A stretch of 64,000 nt of DNA from positions 39,906,872-39,970,871 of the forward strand of contig NC_057719.1 in assembly GCF_004010195.1 (NCBI RefSeq), in the 5' to 3' direction. The translations under genes and the position numbers were made by a program. Below are positions 13,411 to 27,163 of this stretch, in pieces (the first letter of the stretch is position 1; the number at the start of each line of letters is the position of its first letter). The DNA comes from Chiloscyllium plagiosum (lineage: Eukaryota). A model generated the notes under the pieces. It was not told the origin of the DNA. It searched no databases and worked only from the letters and a program-made list of their open reading frames with translations.

Positions 13411-13879
13411 ATAAATTTCTTGAGTGCCTTCTTTCTTTTCATTTTCCGATTTACAACTAGTTCTAGGATATTATTTGTATTCTCTATCGTGAGAGTGGCT
13501 GCAAAATAAGTGTTCATTTCATCTGCTGTTCCATCATTAATTCCCCAGATACTCTTTAATTGCGCCAGTACTCGATTTGTTAAATCTTTAAGTATCTACA
13601 AAAACTCTTACTATCTTAGTTTTTATATTTCAAGTTACTTTCTCTTGTATTTTCCTTATCGTGTAGTAACTCTTTGCACCCCCCCGCCCCTTTGTTCTGT
13701 GCAGTCATCTGCTTTACAACAAAACTTTGTATACTTAGGTAGTATTTTACCATTTGGTACTAAGCTTTAAGTTTTTGACTAACCATGGGTGGTGAGTCTG
13801 TCCCTTGGGATTTTTCTTTTTGTTGGAATGTAATTATTCTGTGAATCTGGGGGAGATGATACCCAAGTTGTATTATCGC

Positions 13880-14301
13880 AAATGCCTCATCTTCTGCCTC
13901 GGAACACTTCAACCCCAGGGCATCAACCTCAGGACTTCAACAGTTTCTTCATTTCCCCTTCCCCCACCTCACCCTAGTTCCAAACTTCCAGCTGAGCACT
14001 GTCCCCATCACTTGTCCTATCTTCTATTCCACCTATCCACTCCACCCTCCCCCCGCCCCCAACCTATCACATTCACCCCCTCCCCCACTCACCTATTGTA
14101 CTCTATGCTACTTTCTCTCCACCCCCACCCTCCTCTAGCTTATCTCTCCACGCTTCAGGCTCTCTGCCTTTATTCCTGATGAAGGGCTTTTGCCCGAAAC
14201 GCCAATTTTACTGCTTCTCAGATGCTGCCTGAACTGCTGTGCTCTTCCAGCACCAATAATCCAGAATCTGGTTTCCAGCATTTGCAGTCATTGTTTTTAC
14301 C
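13880..14301 (+). mobile_element. Penelope-like 3' fragment (ORF C-terminus and pLTR with hammerhead motif)
   Basis: LIFCLGTLQPQGIN, C-rich pLTR, CTGATGAAGGGCTTTTGCCCGAAAC at 14176. Confidence 0.8.
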
Positions 14302-17276
14302 TATTACTCCAGAAGCTCAGCTGATGTTCTGGAGATCTGGGTTCGAATCTTGCTATTGCAAATAGTGGAATTTGAATTCAATAAAAAAAAATTAGAATTA
14401 AGAGTCTAATGATAACCATGAAACCATTGTTGATTGTTGTGAAAAACCCATCTGTTCACTGATGTCCTTCAGGGTAGGAAACTGCCATCCTTACCTGGTC
14501 TGGCCTGCATATAACCCCAGCCCCACAGCAAAATGATTGACTCTCATTTGCCTTTTGAAATGGCTGAGGAAGCCATTCAGTTGTATCAATCGCAACAAAC
14601 ACACGAAAAAAGAAACTAAACTGATTACCTGGCATCGACCTAGGCACCAGAAAAGACAATGGCAAAACCCTGTTGAACCTGCAAAATCCTCCTTACTAAG
14701 ATCTGGGTGCTACTGCTAAAATTGGGAGAGCTGTCTCACCGATTAGTCAAGCAACAGCTTAACATTGCAAGTTACGATTCTGAGAGTATGACTATGCCCC
14801 ATCCTTGGATGATATGTCCTGTCCCACCAGCAGGACAGAACCAGCAGAGGTGGTGGCACAGTCGTATATAGTTAGGAAGGAAATGCCCTGGGAGCCCTCA
14901 ACTTTGACTCACGACCTCATGAAGTCTCGTGGCTTCAGGTTAAACATGGTCAAGGAAACCTCCTACCAGTTGCCATGTACCGCCCTCTCTCAGCAGATGA
15001 ATCGGTACTCTTCCCTGTTGAACAGTACGTAGAGGAAACACTGACGATAGTGAGGGCACAAAATATACTCTAAGTGGTAGATTTCAGTGCCCATCACCAA
15101 GTGGCTCAGTAGCTGTCCTACTGCCGGTTGTGTCCTAAAGGACAAAGCTGCTAGATTGGGTGTGTGGCAGGTGGTGAGGAGAAAAAAAACTTGACTTCAT
15201 CCTTACCAATCTGCCAGCTGCAAATGCATCTGTTTGTGACAGTTTCGGTAAGAGTGACCACCACACAGTCTTTGTGGAGACGAAATCCTGCCTTCACATT
15301 GAGAATAAACTCCATTGTGTTGTGTGGCACTATCATTGTAAAAATGGGACAGACTTCTAACAGATCTAGTAACTCAAGATGGGCATCCATGAGGTACTGT
15401 GGATCATCAACAGCAGCAGAATTGTACTCCAGCACAATCAGCAACATTATGGCCTGGCACAGCCCCCCTCAACAATTGCCATCAGGCCAGGGGATCAAAC
15501 ATGATTCAATGGAAGGTGCAGGAGGGCATGGCAGGAGCAGGCACCTGGCATACCTGAAGATATGGTATCAACCTTGATGAAGCTACCAAACAGGACTACT
15601 TAGTGCCAAACAGCATAAACAACAAGCGATCTCATGATAAACAGGTCAGTTCTATGTTCTGCAGTCTGGCCACATCCAGTCATGAATGATGGTGGACTAT
15701 TGAACAGCTCACTAGAGGAGGAGGCTGCACAAATATCCCCATCCTCCATGATGGAAGAGCCCAGTGCATCAGTGAAGAAGGTAAGGCTGAAGTTCTTGTA
15801 GCAGTCTTCAACCAGAAGTGCTGAGTGGATGATCCATCTCAACCTCCTCTAGTGGTCCCCAGTATTACAGGTACCAGTCTTCAGCCAATTTGATTACTTC
15901 AGGTGATGTCAAGGAATGATTGGAGGCACTGGATACGGCAGTGGGCCCTGACAACATTCTGGCCTGTCCATCTATCTCTAAGTACAGAAGACTTGTGCTT
16001 AGGTTTTGCCACTCCCTTTGCCACGCTGTTCCAACACTGGCATCTACCCAATAATGTGTAAAATTGTCCATGTATGTCCTATACTTAAAAACAGGATAAA
16101 TCCAACCTGACCAATTACTGCCCCATCAGTCTAATCTCAATCATTAGTAATGTGATGGAAGGTGTCATTGACAGTGCTATCAAGCAATAACCTGCTCAGA
16201 GATACATAGTTTGGGTTCTACCAGGGCCACTCAGCTCCTTACCTCACTACAGCTTTGGTTCAAGCATAGACAAAGAGCTGAGTTCCCGAGGTGAGGTGAG
16301 AGTGACAGCCCTTGATATCAAGGCTACATTTGACCAAGTGTGGCATCAGGAACCCTAGCAAAAATGGAAACAGTGGGTATCGGGGCAGACTTTCTGGTGG
16401 TTGGAGTCATACCTGACACATAAGATAGTCATGATTGTTTGAGGTCAGTTATCTCTGCTCCAGGACACCTCTGCAGAAGTTCCTCACGTAATGTCCTCGG
16501 CCCAGCCACCTTAATCTGCATCATCAATAACCTTCCCTTGATCGTGGGGTAGGGATGTTCTCCAATGATTACAATGTTCAGCACCATTTGTGACTCTTCA
16601 GATACTGAAGCAGTCCATAATCAAATGCAGCAAGATCTGGATAATACCCAGGCTTGGGCTGACATATGGCAATTTACATTCATGCCACACACATGCCAGG
16701 CTATGACCATCGCCAACAAGAGGCAATATAACCACTGCCCCTTGATGTTCAATGGTGTTACCATCACTGAATCTGCCACTATCCAGATCCTGGAGTTATC
16801 ATTGACCAGCAATCCAGCTGGACATCACCATATAAACGCAGTGGTTATGAGAGTGGGTTAGAGGTTGGGAGTAATGCGCCGAGTAATTCACCTCTTGACT
16901 CCCCAAAACCTGTTCACCATCTATCTCCAAGGTGGAAATGTGTTGCTGGAAAAGCGCAGCAGGTCAGGCAGCATCCAGGGAACAGGAGAATCGACGTTTC
17001 GGGCATAAGCCCTTCTTCAGGAATGAGGAAAGTTTGTCCAGCAGGCTAAGATAAAAGGTAGGGAGGAGGGACTTGGGGGAGGGGCGTCGGAAATGTGATA
17101 GGTGGAAAGAGGTCAAAGTGAGGGTGATAGGTCAGACTGGGGTGGGGGCAGAGAGGTCAGGAAGAAGATTGCAGGTTAGGAAGGCAGTGCTGAGTTCGAT
17201 GGATTTGACTGAGACAAGGTGGGAGGAGGGGAAATGAGGAAAATGGTGAAATCCGAGTTCATCCCTTGTGGTTAGA

Positions 17277-18207
17277 NNNNNNNNNNNNNNNNNNNNNNNN
17301 NNNNNNNNNNNNNNNNNNNNNNNNNNNNNNNNNNNNNNNNNNNNNNNNNNNNNNNNNNNNNNNNNNNNNNNNNNNNNNNNNNNNNNNNNNNNNNNNNNNN
17401 NNNNNNNNNNNNNNNNNNNNNNNNNNNNNNNNNNNNNNNNNNNNNNNNNNNNNNNNNNNNNNNNNNNNNNNNNNNNNNNNNNNNNNNNNNNNNNNNNNNN
17501 NNNNNNNNNNNNNNNNNNNNNNNNNNNNNNNNNNNNNNNNNNNNNNNNNNNNNNNNNNNNNNNNNNNNNNNNNNNNNNNNNNNNNNNNNNNNNNNNNNNN
17601 NNNNNNNNNNNNNNNNNNNNNNNNNNNNNNNNNNNNNNNNNNNNNNNNNNNNNNNNNNNNNNNNNNNNNNNNNNNNNNNNNNNNNNNNNNNNNNNNNNNN
17701 NNNNNNNNNNNNNNNNNNNNNNNNNNNNNNNNNNNNNNNNNNNNNNNNNNNNNNNNNNNNNNNNNNNNNNNNNNNNNNNNNNNNNNNNNNNNNNNNNNNN
17801 NNNNNNNNNNNNNNNNNNNNNNNNNNNNNNNNNNNNNNNNNNNNNNNNNNNNNNNNNNNNNNNNNNNNNNNNNNNNNNNNNNNNNNNNNNNNNNNNNNNN
17901 NNNNNNNNNNNNNNNNNNNNNNNNNNNNNNNNNNNNNNNNNNNNNNNNNNNNNNNNNNNNNNNNNNNNNNNNNNNNNNNNNNNNNNNNNNNNNNNNNNNN
18001 NNNNNNNNNNNNNNNNNNNNNNNNNNNNNNNNNNNNNNNNNNNNNNNNNNNNNNNNNNNNNNNNNNNNNNNNNNNNNNNNNNNNNNNNNNNNNNNNNNNN
18101 NNNNNNNNNNNNNNNNNNNNNNNNNNNNNNNNNNNNNNNNNNNNNNNNNNNNNNNNNNNNNNNNNNNNNNNNNNNNNNNNNNNNNNNNNNNNNNNNNNNN
18201 NNNNNNN
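17277..18207. other. Assembly gap (931 N)
   Basis: Run of N. Confidence 1.
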
Positions 18208-18320
18208 GTCTGACCTTTCACCCTCACCTTGACCTCTTTCCACCTATCACATTTCCGACGCCCCTCCCCCAAGTCCTTCCTCCCTACCTTTTATCTTAGC
18301 CTGCTGGACAAACTTTCCTC

Positions 18321-18356
18321 ATTCCTGAAGAAGGGCTTATGCCCGAAACGTCGATT
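18321..18356 (+). ncRNA. Minimal hammerhead ribozyme motif
   Basis: ATTC-CTGAAGA-A-GGGC(TTAT)GCCC-GAAACGTC-GATT; one mismatch in stem I. Confidence 0.6.
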
Positions 18357-18684
18357 CTCCTGTTCCCTGGATGCTGCCTGACCTGCTGCGCTTTTCCAGC
18401 AACACATTTCCAGCTCTGATCTCCAGCATCTGCAGACCTCACTTTCTCCTCATCTATCTCCGAGGCACAAGTATGCTGGAATACAGTGTGATGGAATATT
18501 CCCAATGTGCATGGATGAGTGCAGCCCCAACAACATTCAAGAAACCTGACACTACCCAGGACAAAGCAGCCCACTTGATTTGGCACTGCATCCAAAAGCA
18601 TCCACTCTCTCGGCCACTGATGCTTTGTGTACAATTGTGGCCTTTTTCTAAGGAGGGATAAATGCATTTGCATCAGTTCCATCC

Positions 18685-18930
18685 TCTTCTGTCAGACAGA
18701 GGATAAGGAAGCTTACACTCCACCAATAGGTTCAAGAACACTTCATCCCTGTTATTATTAGACAGCTGAATGGGCCTCTCTAACTTCAAATAATGTTGAT
18801 CTTACTCCAGTTGACATTGTTATGATCTGTATGTCCTGTTTCCTATGATCTGTCTGTAGTGCTCACAAAACAAACCTTTTCACTGTACCTGGGTACATGT
18901 GATTATGATTAATCAAATGAAATAAAAAAG
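18685..18930 (+). mobile_element. Rex1/Babar-like LINE 3' end
   Basis: Decayed match to the LPSGRRYRS...RFKNSFFP.VIRLLN-type C-terminus; tail TTTTCACTGTACC..GTACATGTGA; a similar tail lies on the minus strand at 39660-39730. Confidence 0.5.
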
Positions 18931-20145
18931 GATCAGATGCAGTGTTAGCTTATAAGGAAAGTTTGAGTGCATACTTATTGGAAGGGGGGCTCCTATGGCA
19001 CAGCGGTAGTGTTCCTGGGTTCAAGTTCTAAGTGCTCCAGAGATGTATCATAAAACATTCAAACAGGTTGGATAAAAATGCCTATGCTCATGGAGTTTAG
19101 AAGAATGAATGTTGGCCATATTGAAACATATTAAATCAAGGGAGCTTGACGAAGTAGATGTTCAGACAATATTTCCCTGAGTGGAGGTGTCTCGAGCCAG
19201 AGGTATAGTTTCAGAATAAGCAATCAGCATTTAAGACAGAGTTAAGGAGAAACTTCTTTTATGGTCATGAATCCTTGCAATTCCCTACCCTAGAGAGCTT
19301 TGGAAGCTTGGTCATTGAATATATTCATACCTGAGATGTGCATGTTTTTAAAATTATGTAGGAATCAAGGAGTGTTGGTGAACTGGCATAGAAGTAGATT
19401 CAAACCCAGGTCCATTCAGCTATGATCTTAATGAATGACAGGCTGGAGAGTCCTTATTTAATCCTGTTCCTACTACTTGTGATCTTTTGTTCTAGTCAAA
19501 TGTGAGGTTTTTCACTTTTAAATGGTATAAGATATTAAATGTTGTTGAGAGACAGGAGCTCAAATAAATATACAGGTACAGCAAGTAATGAGGAATGTGT
19601 GTTAACTTTTATTCTCAGGGAATTGGCATGCAAGAGTAAGAAAGTCTTTATGGAATTTTGAAGTTTTGATGGAGCCACTTTGGATATTATTTACTGTTTT
19701 GGTCTCCTAGATTAATTCTGTAATGAAAGGATTGTCCTCAGGAGAAATGAGTAAATTAAGTTTCTATTATTTGAGGTTTAGAAGAACGAAAGGTGATCAT
19801 ATTGCAATGCAGGCTTTTGAAAGAGCTGAATAAGGTAGATGGAGAGGGGCTGGTAGGAGCAGAAATAGGGCATTGAGTGCTGAAGGGCGTAGTCTCAGGA
19901 CCAGGACACGACCATTTTGAACTTTGATGAAAACTGTCTTTGCCTAGAGCAATGGATCTATGGAATTCTCTACTCCTGAGACTTGTGAATACTCTGTGGT
20001 CAAGTATATTCAAGACTGAATGTGATATGTTTTCTAAGAGAATTGGGTGGGATTTGAGAGTCTAGCAGTGTGGAATGAAGTCTCAAGGTTGAACATGATC
20101 ACATAATTGGTAGAGCAGGATTGAGCAACCTGTTTCACCTTTATT
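18930..20145 (+). mobile_element. Two old CR1-type LINE 3' fragments
   Basis: GAGTTTAGAAGAATGA..ATTGAAACATA and GGTTTAGAAGAACGAAAGGTGATC segments with CR1-like tails. Confidence 0.6.
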
Positions 20146-20818
20146 TCTTTTGTTCTTGTATTCTGCAGCTTTGTCAACATTATTTTCCTATGTATACTCT
20201 TAGCTCTACATTTCATTCTTCATTATCCCTATGTTCCTTTTCATTATTTTCCTTCCCCCGTTTTGTTGCTGATGTTCTGCACACGATAGGAAATTTAAAA
20301 TAGAAGACTTTTGTGTGATAGTACACGTTTGTATTCTTAAAAGATTCTGTCCATATTAGGCGAGATGCTGATGGGTATAAAGCAAACCAGATTTTGAGTT
20401 AAAATGACCTACTGTATTTTTATGTCATTGTTTAAAGTTGAACATTTCCATTATCTCTCCTACTCTTGATCTGAAATTGTTATGCATACCGAAATAGGAA
20501 AACCTTGACCCAAATAGCGTTAAGTTACAGTTGCTGTCATGGTATACTGATTAATCAGTTATAATTTGAATGCAACTGAGGAAAAAGTGATACATAATTG
20601 GTGTTATGTTTGTAAGAGGCCTCAATCAAAATGAGTGACTTTGAAATCCTTAAAAGAAAACTTCTGAGTGCTTGATTAAGCCAATGTTTTGACTGAGAGT
20701 TCTGGAAAAATACTTTAATGTGATATCTGGGCTGTTAGTAAAGTTCCAACAATTGTGTTACATCTAATATAGTATGTTATAGATAATATTTTACCTACAG
20801 TGTTTTCTATCCATATAA

Positions 20819-21121
<303 letters not shown>

Positions 21122-22429
21122 TAAAGTATTTATGAAAGAAATAATTATGACTTACAGAACAAATCACTTATGCTGGAGCCTTTATTTATGCAATCACATT
21201 TTACAAGTTACAGAAGCAGTAAGATGTTTATTGGAACTAAAACGTAAACTTGTTTAAGAGCAATAAGTAATTGCTTCATACCTGGTTTGAGGACTTTTGA
21301 AAGTGTATAATGTTCTTCAGTGATGGTGCACAGGTTTAATCCAATGACATCTATTTTTGTGAGGTATAATGATCCACAAGTGACTGAAACAGTCTGAGCT
21401 CAGTTGTTAGTGCTAGCTAATCCGTGTAATAAAGTTGTGCATAATTTGACATATCATTTGGATATTATAATGTTGGCTTGCTTGAGAAATGGAAATGCCA
21501 CACTGCAAACTTTGTTTTAATTGGCACCTAATGAACCAGCACTTTTGATAAACCAGCAGATGTTATATACTTGAAACATCAGAAGTTTACTGTATTATTG
21601 CGAACTTCACAATGTCTGAGTAGTCAGCTGAGAGTGCAAGTAAGAAGGCACCTGTCGTTAAGTTTTAATTAAGCTATTATTTAAGTGATATATGCTGTAA
21701 ATTAAGTATAATAATGTTGCATTGTGTTTCTATTAGTTAGTGTGTGTTTTTACCTTGGTTATGTGGACCCCTTGATCAACCAGAATATTTGATCAACTGG
21801 TACAGTCCTGGTCCCATAGTTGTCAGTTAATAAATAATTTCCTGTATTATGTTTGGTGCTTTGCTGAAGGGCAACAGGAATAACTCATGCATGTTTGAAC
21901 CTGTACTCAATGCTCCACTTTTGTTCATATTGATTTGTATAGGAGGTTTTTAGATAGGACATAGGCGAGATGCATTATTTTGTTTTCTTCTACTCAAATG
22001 CTTATTTAAACCTTGTAGATTGTATGTTGCATCCCTACATCACCCCCGCGGTTTACCTCCAGCAACACACTAAGCTAGCTGATTCATGTTCCTATTATAT
22101 AGTAACAACATAAGTGAGGTTTACATTTAATGGTGCTGGTGAGATAGTATGTAGGCTGTACTGGTGGATATGCTAAAGATTTATCAAATAACATCTGCAT
22201 TTGGCTGTTTAGATCAGGCACCCAACAGGACCATGTGGGCAAAGCTCAAGGCATGGTGTTTAATGTTACATGGGATTCCTCAATTGGATAGAATTTGCTA
22301 AATAATCATGAGTGGGTAAGAATTACAATGACAGTCAATTTTAGGATTCTGTCATGCTTGCAATTTGGTACGCGTGTACATACACTGGAAGCTTCATATC
22401 ACTAGACAGAACCAGTTCCACTTGCATGC

Positions 22430-22800
22430 CAAATTGCAAACCCTGGAAAATTCATTTGTTAATAGACAGTCCTGTTTTTTTTTTGCAGGCAGGAAAAAAA
22501 CACACACATGCAACAGTCATTCTCTGGTTCATTTCTAGGCAATGTCTTGACCAACCAAAATCAACCTGCCTAATTTAAAATTTAAATAAAGTTTGGCACT
22601 TAACTGAATGTCATAATCCAACTGGTCCAGTCTCTATAGAAATGCCTCTACCAATCAGAATCTATTTAAAAGCCAATTCACACATTTTTCTCATACAGCA
22701 TAGACATGTTATCCTGCTATACAATGACATTATTTTGAATATCTGCATGAATGCAAGATGAATAGTTTTGACAAAATGTCTTTTCTCAGCAAAACTCAAA
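22430..22800 (+). mobile_element. Old Penelope-like 3' end (third family)
   Basis: Frameshifted PV.CRQ.E-like C-terminus near 22470; terminus shared in inverse with 4316-4390. Confidence 0.45.
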
Positions 22801-23014
22801 TATAACAGTTGTGAAATCGCACAGTTGAGATAATTCTGTAAATGTTTAACTTTCATTTTATTGTGACTACCACAAATGAATAAATGCAAACAAATAATTT
22901 TAGCTTGTGAGAGAGATGTGTACAAGTGAAATTTGCAAATGAGACCTTTTGAGCACTTGAGACATTAGATTCATATAAATTTTAATTGTGGCCCTTTTTA
23001 TTTGAAAAATGTGA

Positions 23015-23125
<111 letters not shown>

Positions 23126-23584
23126 TAACATACTTTACATCTGTACATTATTTGTGTGGAAATCTAGAGTAAGGTTTAAATTATTCTTCATGTTAAACCA
23201 ACAGGCTGAAATTTACATCTCCCTTTCCTTAATGATGAGCAGGTAGGGAGGTTAAATTGTGAATCACCTATTCATTTAGTTATAAAGAATCATTACATGC
23301 ACACCCTTGACCATATGTGCATAATCCAAAAATCATATTTTTCGGCAGTATTCCAGAGAGCTTTCATTGATTTTGTTTGATTTGGTTTTAGGTGCTAATA
23401 TCTTTGAATATATATTTCTGATAAATGTTGATACTACTATATACTACATAAATATGAAATCTCCACACTTTATTTATTGAATTTAATTTTGATTTTTCTG
23501 GTTTTGATCTAGCCTTTGATTATCTTGTGTTAGTTCTTTATCATAAGGCTTTTCCTTGTAATTATCTAATTGGATTCCTTTTAG

Positions 23585-23704
<120 letters not shown>

Positions 23705-24999
23705 TAGATTCAACATACGTTGTGCTTTAGGAAATATTTTGGTAAACCATTTTCAACAGAAATGTTTTCTTCTGCAATTTGCTATAAAAAGTGAAGTTGC
23801 AATCCACATAGGATGGATCACATGGAACCAATACATTACGCTTTTGTTGCAGGACAGACAATGTGTCTGTTATTAAATCTTGTATATTGACTACCTCATG
23901 CAATGTTACTGATAACTAAAGATTTTTACTGTTTATACATGACCAGTTTACCTTGGGTTCCTTTCAGGAAAATAATAAGCAGTTTGTACTATGCATTTGG
24001 ACCAATTGAGGACTAGATAAATGTGGAAGAGATATCTTCCTGTAGTAGAATACTGGGTCCTCATTTCAAACTGTATAACTAGTTAGCAAGTGAGATTTAT
24101 GCCTTTTGGGGATTTCTAGACCATTGAAGAGAATGGTCTAGTTGCAAAACAATTGTGTTGTCTCAAAATGTCCATCAGCAAAGGTGATTGTACCTTTGAA
24201 ATTTATCACTTGCGAAGCTGGTGTACAAATACCATTGCTGTCAGTTTCATATGCCAATTTAATTTGAAATCTAATTTAAATTAAAATCAGTTATCTTAAC
24301 TTTGTGTAGATCACTGAGTAATATTTGAGTCTTGCCTGCTATTGTGGGCATTCTACTTCTATGGGATATTGATACATTTAGATAAGGCATTAAGGCTAAA
24401 GACTGACTGCTAACCTTCTATTTACTGACGAAACGATTTAGAGGAGTGCAAGTGTTTAAAAATGTATGAAATAAATAGTGTGATTAGAAATAACGATGGC
24501 AATTGAATGAAAAGTAATAAGCAAAATGGATGAGTTGATCTTTTGAGTGATGGGTAGTGTCAGTATCTAGATATTTGTAACCACAGAAATGAGTTATTGC
24601 AGTAATCTTGTCAAGCAAGGTTTGACTACTTTGAATGTTATTCTCCAATTTACATTGAAGTACACTTATTCAGAAGATTGATGGAACTTAATTGAATTAG
24701 ATCAGAGTGGCAGGCATATGCTCATTGCCAGATTTTGCAATTCATCAAAATTAATTCGCATTGTTTATTCAATTTGAATTTCACTATTATGGAAGTTGAA
24801 TCCTTCTGTAAAATTGTTTGCTTTTCTTTTAATAAGGTCTGTTACTTCATGATCTCTGTATATTTTAAATTTTATAGACCATCTCTTAACATTGATGTGT
24901 ATATAATTATCGTTACTTGAGCATCTGCATTGAGAAACAGTGAGTTGCTGAATACTTTGCGAAGTGAATATATTAAAATCTTTACGCTTATTTTTGTAG

Positions 25000-25254
<255 letters not shown>

Positions 25255-25379
25255 TAATATTTATCTTAGTTTAATGGCAGTTAATAAACTGAACTTCATT
25301 TATATTAATTTCTTGAATTTAAATTTAAACCCTCTGTCTGTCTTCCCTTTCTCTCCCTCTATATCTCTTACTGTTTAGA

Positions 25380-25530
25380 GTTTGTATTAATATAGCTTTC
25401 ACAACCTCAGGATGTCATAAAATGCTTTCATATCAACTATATTTTTGATTTATGTTCACCATTGTGATAAAGCAAAATGCTGGAACTGATTAACATGGAA
25501 CAAGATCCAACAAACCACAATGAAATAAAT
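25380..25530 (-). mobile_element. DeuSINE/SacSINE1-like 3' tail remnant
   Basis: Minus strand AAAGCATTTTATGACATCCTGAGGTTGTGAAAGCTATATTAATACAAA; related tails at 46820-47030 (+) and 51695-51820 (-). Confidence 0.5.
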
Positions 25531-26830
25531 GACTGGATGGTGTCAGCTTCTTGAGTGTTGTTGAAGTTGCATTCATCCAGGTAAGTGAGGAGTATTCTGT
25601 CACACTCCTGACTTGTGACTTGTAGATGGTAGGTACCCTTTGGGGTGTCAGGAGGTTATTCCCAACCTCTGACCTGCTCTTGTAGCCACTGTGATTATGT
25701 GGCCAGTCCAGTTGAGTTTCTGGTCAATGGTAACCCCATGGATATTGATAGTAGTGATAATACAATTGAATGACAAAGGGCAGTGGTTAGATCCTCTATT
25801 ATTGTAGATGGTCATTGTCTGGCATATAAGTAGTGCAGATGTTACTTGGCATTTACCAGCCCAAGCCTTGATATGTCCAGATCTTGTTGCATTTGAGCAT
25901 GGACTACTTCAGTATCTGAGGGCCGAAAGCCAAAATTACTGGAAAAGGTCAGCAGGTCTGACAGCACCTGTGGAGAGAAATCAGAGTTAACTTTTCGGAT
26001 TGAGTGACCTTTTCTCAGAACGCAGTACCTGAGGAGTTATGAATGGTGAAATCATCTGTGGATGTCCTCACTTCTGACATTATAATTGGGGGAAGGTCAT
26101 TGATGAAGCAACTGAAGATGGTTGGGCTTAGGACACTGCCCTGAGGAACTCCTGCAGAGATGTCCTGGTGTTCAGATCACTGACCATCAACAACAACCAT
26201 CTTCCTAAGCGCCAGGTATGATTCAAAGGAGTGGAGAGTTTTCCTGCTGGTACATATTGATTCCAGTTTTGCTCGAGCTCTTTGATGCCACACTTGATCA
26301 AATGTAACCTTGATGTCAAGGGTTGTCATTCTCATCTCACCTCTGAAATTTAGGTCTTGTGTCCATGCTTGAACCAAGACTGCAATGAAGTCAGGAGTTG
26401 ACTGACCCAAGTGGAACCGAAACCGAGTGTCGCTGAGCAAGTGCTGTTTGATAGTACAGTTGATGAGTCCTTCCGTCACTGGGCAGTAATTGGCTTGGTC
26501 GGATTTGTCCTGCTTTTTGTTCCAGGAAATACCTGGGCAATTTTCCACATTGTTGGGTAGATGCCAGCATTGTACCTCTACTGGGGAGAGTTTGGCGAGG
26601 AGAGTGGCAAGTTCTGGAGCGCAAGTCTTTAACACTACTGCTGGAATGTTGTCATTGGAATGTTGGAATATTGCCTTTGCCTAAATTTCTTGATATCAAA
26701 TAGAATGAATCGAATTGGCTGAAGTCTGGTATTCATAATGCTGGGGACCACTGGAGTAGTCCATGATGGATCATCCTTTCTGTGAATGCTTCAGCGTTAC
26801 CTTTTGTGCTGAGATAGCACATTGACCTTA
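25530..26830 (-). mobile_element. Second copy of the APE-RT LINE family of 13850-18640 (RT region)
   Basis: Minus ORF LKTCAPELA..KKQDKSDQANYCP..LDIKVTFDQVWH. Confidence 0.8.
25922..26022 (-). mobile_element. About 100-bp solo PLE hammerhead-plus-tail insertion with 12-bp TSD
   Basis: CAGTATCTGAGG (25910) and CAGTACCTGAGG (26023) flank a pLTR tail. Confidence 0.6.
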
Positions 26831-26834
26831 AATT

Positions 26835-27163
26835 GATTAGATTAGCTTTCCTACAGTATGGAAACAGGCCCTTTGGCCCAATATGTCCACACCGACCCTC
26901 GAGTAACTCAACCAGACCCATTCCCTTACCCTATATTTACCCCTGACTAATACACCTATCACTATGGGCAATTTAGCATGGTCAGTTCACCTGACCTGTA
27001 CATCTTTGGATTGTGAGAGGAAACCGGAGCACCTGGAGGAAACCCATGCAGACACTGGGAGAATGTGCAAACTTCACACAGACATTCGCCCGAGGAGGGA
27101 ATCAAACCTGGGTCCCTGGCTCTGTGAGGCTGCAGTGCTAACCTCTGAGCCATCGTGCTGCCC
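26835..27163 (-). mobile_element. HE1-type V-SINE
   Basis: Homologous to 13095-13410 over the full length. Confidence 0.9.

Larger units (their letters stand above)
16933..18451 (+). mobile_element. Young Penelope-like insertion with inverted pLTR arms spanning the assembly gap
   Basis: 16933-17137 is the reverse complement of 18208-18412 (about 3 mismatches); TSD CATCTATCTCC(A/G)AGG at 16918 and 18451. Confidence 0.85.
13850..18640 (+). mobile_element. Decayed APE-RT LINE (CR1/L2 group) with tRNA-like 5' head, interrupted by two PLE insertions and the gap
   Basis: B-box GGTTCGAATC at 14340; APE-like GELSHRLVKQQ near 14725; RT-like DKSN..NY.PISL (about 16095) and ALDIKA.FD.VWH (about 16310); resumes after 18452. 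Confidence 0.75.

Noticed and set aside
17259..18299. Four 315-343 aa ORFs in the ORF track
   Set aside because: They are translations of the N gap.
21530..21850. Possible Tigger/Tc1-like terminal inverted repeat ending ...TTTCCTGTA
   Set aside because: No convincing partner TIR located.
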